IMG/VR virus record: IMGVR_UViG_3300043120_000065
Span: 1 to 29,083 of that record
DNA length: 29,083 nt
Source of the DNA: a virus
Taxonomy: Duplodnaviria > Caudoviricetes
Direction: 5' to 3' (one strand)
Position numbers and translations under genes: made by a program. Numbering within the stretch: position 1 is the stretch's first letter; every line of letters starts with the position of its first letter. Shown piece by piece: positions 25,527-29,083 of this stretch. Under the pieces are notes generated by a model. That model ran no database searches. It was not told where the DNA came from and saw only the letters and a list, made by a program, of their open reading frames with translations.

Positions 25527-27100
25527 TTCTGTGCTCCTTCTGTCGTTCTGGTTGTTAACCCTACGCCCCAATGGAAGCTCTTTGCAAGGTTGTCTTTAAT
25601 CTGCAGGGCATCGGTGATCTTTTCGTCAATGGTGCCCGGCACGCAATAATCCACATACAGGGCTGTGCTGCCCTCAAAGCCGTGGCGGTGCATCCGGTCC
25701 TCCGACTGGCTGCGGTGCTCGTAGTTGAAGCTGCGACTGTAGTATCGGCTGGAACCGGCCTTGTAGAAGTCCAGGCCCCGCCCGGCTGTGTCCGGGGTGG
25801 CCACCATGTAGAACGCGTGCGGCTCGCAGTCCTGGAACGCCTGTGCGTTGGGCCAGCGTTCTTCCTCCGGTATGTCTCCGAAGTACCCAACAGCCCCCCG
25901 CCCGGTGTCCTTGGCGCGCTCGTTGAGGGCTGCCAACACGGCCTGGGCCTCGTGCCGGAACCGGCACCAGATAACTGCCTTTTCGTGCTGATGCTCCAGA
26001 TCCGTCAGCAGGGCGGTCAGGCGGGGGTTCTTGTCGTCCACCGGCACCGCTTCCCCCTGCTCGTTGACGTACCAGCCGCCGACGATCTGCTGCAGACGCA
26101 TCTGCAGGACAAGGGCGTTCTCCGCCAGCACCTTGTCCCCATCCTGCGTAATGGCCTCCCATAGTGCATCCTCCGGGTTCACGCCCTGCGGTACGTTCCC
26201 GAGGTTGGCCACCCCCTCCTCCAGCAGCTCCTTGTATACCCGCCGCTGTTTTGGGGTCATGTCCACATACCGGGTCTTATACACCTTCTCGGGCAGGTTC
26301 AGCACGCCCTTGTCCACGCTGTAGCTGTACGGGCCTACCAGCCGTTCCAGTTCGTCAAGGTTCTTGTACCCCACCACCTCGTCCACCACTGCGTCGTGAC
26401 GTACACCGGTGCGGGGGTCGTAGCGCCCGCACCCGGCAAACACCTTACGTTCAAACTCGCCAAAGTGGGCCTTGAAGCTGGTGAACGTGCTGTGCCCGAT
26501 GATGTCCGGGTCCAGGAACGCGAACGGGGCGAAGATGTCGAATGGCCCCTGCGTGATTGGGGTGCCGGTCAGGAACCGCTTCATTACCACGCCGTTGGCC
26601 TTGCCCGCGTTACGGGCCAACCGGGTGCGCTTGGCTCCGGGGGTTTTGATGTACTGGCTTTCGTCTATGGCTATCATGGTCGGGAAGTTCCGAAACAAGC
26701 GCCACAGGAATTTCTTGCCCGGTTCCGTGAGCGTGCCCTCGTAGTGGATGGCCACCATGCGGAACCGCTCTCCGGGGGCCGGGTCGAACAGGGCCTCAAG
26801 CTCCGCCTTGGCCTTCTTACTGCCCGGGGTGCCCGTCCATGCGTATGCCTGTACCGGTAGGTGGTCCGGCCAATGCTTGCCCAGCTCCTTTTCCGTCCAG
26901 TTGCGTTGGAGGCCAGAGGGCACAATGATCACGGCGGCCTCTATGCGCCCGTTGGCGTAGTTGTACCCCATGGTATCCAGAGTCACTTTTGTTTTGCCCG
27001 TGCCCTGCGGCATAACCAGTCCGAAGTTGGGTATGTCTTTCGACAGGTCGAACACCTCCCGCTGATGGGGCAGGGGTTCGGTTTTGAACTTGTAGTCCAT
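25523..27100 (-). CDS. SNF2-family (SF2) helicase
   Basis: Start MDYKFKTEP at 27100; MPQGTGKT, IDESQ, LTGTP, RLQQI, GRGLDF, QSEDRMHRHG. Confidence 0.93.
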   Translation of the reverse strand: MDYKFKTEPLPHQREVFDLSKDIPNFGLVMPQGTGKTKVTLDTMGYNYANGRIEAAVIIVPSGLQRNWTEKELGKHWPDHLPVQAYAWTGTPGSKKAKAELEALFDPAPGERFRMVAIHYEGTLTEPGKKFLWRLFRNFPTMIAIDESQYIKTPGAKRTRLARNAGKANGVVMKRFLTGTPITQGPFDIFAPFAFLDPDIIGHSTFTSFKAHFGEFERKVFAGCGRYDPRTGVRHDAVVDEVVGYKNLDELERLVGPYSYSVDKGVLNLPEKVYKTRYVDMTPKQRRVYKELLEEGVANLGNVPQGVNPEDALWEAITQDGDKVLAENALVLQMRLQQIVGGWYVNEQGEAVPVDDKNPRLTALLTDLEHQHEKAVIWCRFRHEAQAVLAALNERAKDTGRGAVGYFGDIPEEERWPNAQAFQDCEPHAFYMVATPDTAGRGLDFYKAGSSRYYSRSFNYEHRSQSEDRMHRHGFEGSTALYVDYCVPGTIDEKITDALQIKDNLAKSFHWGVGLTTRTTEGAQK

Positions 27101-27134
27101 ACAGTCTCCGTTCTTACGTTCTGTAGTGCCCCTT

Positions 27135-27163
27135 ACTATACGTGTGGGGGAGGGTAAAAACAA
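27135..27163 (-). promoter_or_regulatory. Sigma70-like promoter for the replication operon, embedded in repeat copy B
   Basis: TTGTTT-17 bp-TATAGT, 35 bp upstream of the SNF2 start. Confidence 0.6.
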
Positions 27164-27402
27164 AATAGAAAAGCATTCGCCTCGGACGCGTGGGAAAGGG
27201 TATTGTAACACACTGTTTTTAAACGCCTTATTACCTGTGCTAATACCTAATACAACTGCGAATACTTGTAACCCACTGTTTTACCGTAAGTTTATTCGCA
27301 TATTAGCAATATTGGCCGACCTTGGGTTTTACAAAAATAGTTTTACTAACCCCCGCGCACGTGTAAGGCAAATACTTTGCTGTAAGTTACTGGCGCGCAT
27401 AC

Positions 27403-27433
27403 AAAAAGACCGTATTCCGGCAAGAATACGGTC
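27403..27433 (-). terminator. Probable intrinsic terminator of the lysis cassette
   Basis: gaccgtattc (27408-27417) / gaatacggtc (27424-27433) 10-bp stem, followed by TTTTT on the minus strand. Confidence 0.65.
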
Positions 27434-27502
27434 CTAATACGCTAATATGGAGCGAGCGTTGCGTGGTGGTTTGTGGGCAGGTGCGGGTACTGTAACCCTG
27501 TT

Positions 27503-28102
27503 TTACCCCGCGTTGCAACCGGCCTCTGTAAGCCGTTTCCAGCGGTTTATGACCCCTCCCCAGTAGGGTACCACAGGGGGGTCGTCGAAAACCGCACTGT
27601 GGCCAGCCACAGGCTGCCCCCACCACGACATCGAGGTGTCCACGTGCTCTACATGCTGGTCGTGAGTAAAACCGTAGCGACCAGCGGCACCCCAACCGGC
27701 GGTTCGCACCCCGTCCGGAATCAACCGGCCCCAACCGCGAACCAGTTGCACCACCCAGTCTTTGGAGTTATACAGGCACAGCACGGGCACGTCCTTTTGC
27801 CACAGGGTATCCCGGCGCAGGGCGGGGTTGATAACCACCACGCCGCCCAGCGTGCCGCCGAGCATCTCCGCCAGTTCCCAGCACAGCAGCGCCCCGTTGC
27901 TGTGGCCGATCAGGAAGTCGCCGGGGTTGATGTGCGGCAGTATCTTACGCACCGCCCGGCGGTTAGTGCAGGACAACCCCAGCAGCCCTGTCCATCCGTA
28001 CCCGTGCAGCTTGGCCGGGCCGCTCAGGTAAGGGCGCAGGGCACCCACGGTGCCCCGTCCCCCGTCCCTTACGTTAAAGCCGTGAATCAGATGTGTCGTC
28101 AC
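27503..28102 (-). CDS. Alpha/beta hydrolase (lipase/esterase-like)
   Basis: LIHGF oxyanion segment, IGHSNG nucleophile elbow (GxSxG), candidate Asp in NSKDWV and His in AGHS. Confidence 0.8.
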   Translation of the reverse strand: MTTHLIHGFNVRDGGRGTVGALRPYLSGPAKLHGYGWTGLLGLSCTNRRAVRKILPHINPGDFLIGHSNGALLCWELAEMLGGTLGGVVVINPALRRDTLWQKDVPVLCLYNSKDWVVQLVRGWGRLIPDGVRTAGWGAAGRYGFTHDQHVEHVDTSMSWWGQPVAGHSAVFDDPPVVPYWGGVINRWKRLTEAGCNAG

Positions 28103-28454
28103 GCAGACCCCCGTACTGTTTAAGTAAGCGCTCCAGATGCGTCATACGGGCTTCCCTGTCGGTGTCCCGCTGCCGCAGCTCGGTGATTATCGAGTCCCGG
28201 CGCTCCAGCCGTTCGTCATAATCGGCCTTCATGAGCTGCATGCGGCGCTCGCAGTATTCCCGCTCCTCTTGCATCTGCCGTTCCACCGCCGCAAGGCGTT
28301 CAAGCACTTGCCCGGTGAACTGCACCCGGTCCTCCGAACGGGTGTGCTTGTTGTCTGCCAGTGCCTTAACGAAGCCGGCACCAAACATCCCGAGCGCCCC
28401 GAGGGCGGCCCCACCCATTACTTTCAGCCATTCCGGCAGGTTGCTCCAGTCCAC
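28074..28454 (-). CDS. Membrane-anchored coiled-coil protein (holin- or i-spanin-like)
   Basis: GTG start after GGAGG; N-terminal TM segment VMGGAALGALGMFGAGFV followed by a long coiled coil; lies in the lysis region. Confidence 0.6.
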   Translation of the reverse strand: MDWSNLPEWLKVMGGAALGALGMFGAGFVKALADNKHTRSEDRVQFTGQVLERLAAVERQMQEEREYCERRMQLMKADYDERLERRDSIITELRQRDTDREARMTHLERLLKQYGGLRDDTSDSRL

Positions 28455-28479
28455 TGGCGGCACCCTCCTACTGCAGTGC

Positions 28480-28899
28480 TTACGGTTGTACGGTATGCCC
28501 ACGAGCAGCGTCCTCGATCCAGCCCAACACAGTCAGCAACTGCAAACGCTGTTCCCCTGCCAACAAGCCGTCGCCCACCTCGGCCTCCAGCCGCTCTTGC
28601 GCCCGGCCCAGGATGGCTTCAACCAGCATGCGGTCCGCCGGGCTCAACGAGCTTTCCGCCAGCCGCTCCCGTGCCGCATCCACCAGCGTGGCCACAGCCA
28701 CCTCCGTCCCGGCTTCCACATACTGTTCCGCACGGTCTACCAGTTCAATGACGCGGGCTGCGTCAACGTCGGCCCGTTCCAGGACTTTCAGGGTGGCGTA
28801 CTGCACCGCCAACTGGTTGCGGTCTTCCGACACTGTGGCCAGCAGGGAGCAGCCTGCCAGTGCAACGGCGGCCATCACGGCCAATAGCATCATACGCAT
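28480..28899 (-). CDS. Lipoprotein (spanin-like position)
   Basis: MRMMLLAVMAAVALAG-C lipobox; GGAGG RBS 7 nt upstream; follows the endolysin. Confidence 0.75.
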   Translation of the reverse strand: MRMMLLAVMAAVALAGCSLLATVSEDRNQLAVQYATLKVLERADVDAARVIELVDRAEQYVEAGTEVAVATLVDAARERLAESSLSPADRMLVEAILGRAQERLEAEVGDGLLAGEQRLQLLTVLGWIEDAARGHTVQP

Positions 28900-28901
28900 A
28901 A

Positions 28902-29081
28902 TCATTCCTCCGGTAGCGCGTGAAGCGCCTCTGTGATTGTAGTGTAGCGTCCTGCCACCCGCCCCCATTCGGCAGGCGCGCCCATCTTACGGTTTGGCCG
29001 CACGTCGCCATGAAACATCGGTAGAGGCTTGCCGCCGTACACCGTATCAGTATATACACCAATGCCCGTAAAGCCGATCTT
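28902..29081 (-). CDS. Endolysin C-terminus, peptidase M15-like (truncated by window edge)
   Basis: Manual translation KIGFTGIGVYTDTVYGGKPLPMFHGDVRPNRK...W...; G-IGVY...H-DVR is the typical M15A C-terminal zinc-His segment. Confidence 0.7.
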   Translation of the reverse strand, partial: KIGFTGIGVYTDTVYGGKPLPMFHGDVRPNRKMGAPAEWGRVAGRYTTITEALHALPEE

Positions 29082-29083
29082 GC

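Larger units (their letters stand above)
27128..27447. repeat. Copy B of the duplicated AT-rich non-coding element
   Basis: See copy A; identical 30-, 20- and 12-bp blocks in the same order. Confidence 0.9.

Noticed and set aside
2661-27208. The 30-bp identical block as attL/attR of an integrated element
   Set aside because: No integrase in the window, the enclosed genes are core replication genes, and homology extends blockwise over 300 bp.
27101-27211. N-terminal extensions in the ORF track (SNF2 to 27211, UvrD to 20022, QueD to 17662, nuclease to 10319)
   Set aside because: The extensions run into non-coding elements or upstream genes; internal starts have an RBS or stop-start overlap.
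27126-27437. Plus-strand 103-aa ORF, and 2408-2743, across the repeat elements
   Set aside because: The two translations share only short stretches from the identical DNA blocks (PRTRGKGYC versus a different frame), so the reading frame is not conserved between copies.

Overview
A 29-kb, GC-rich segment of a tailed dsDNA phage genome, with essentially all credible genes on the minus strand. In transcription order (right to left): the end of a lysis cassette (partial peptidase-M15-like endolysin, lipoprotein, holin-like membrane protein, alpha/beta hydrolase); a replication module (SNF2 helicase, SSB-like protein, primase, two UvrD/SF1 helicases); a 7-deazaguanine DNA-modification cluster (queE-queD-folE-queC-dpdA) translationally coupled to a beta-clamp-like gene and a family-A DNA polymerase; about 9 kb of small accessory genes (VRR-NUC-like nuclease, GHKL ATPase, Nmad5-like, second SSB-like, PagP-like beta-barrel, HTH); then terS, terL and the start of the portal. 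The gene set resembles Queuovirinae-type siphoviruses (inference). The main unannotated structure is a pair of diverged ~320-bp AT-rich elements (about 2611-2940 and 27128-27447) that bracket the whole early/replication module. They share identical blocks, many GCNAATA(C) repeats, IHF-like sites, imperfect flanking inverted repeats and a positionally conserved hairpin. There are also two pairs of sigma70 promoters with palindromic operators in their spacers, and a QueC that lacks all four canonical zinc cysteines. All calls come from reading motifs by eye; no database searches were run.
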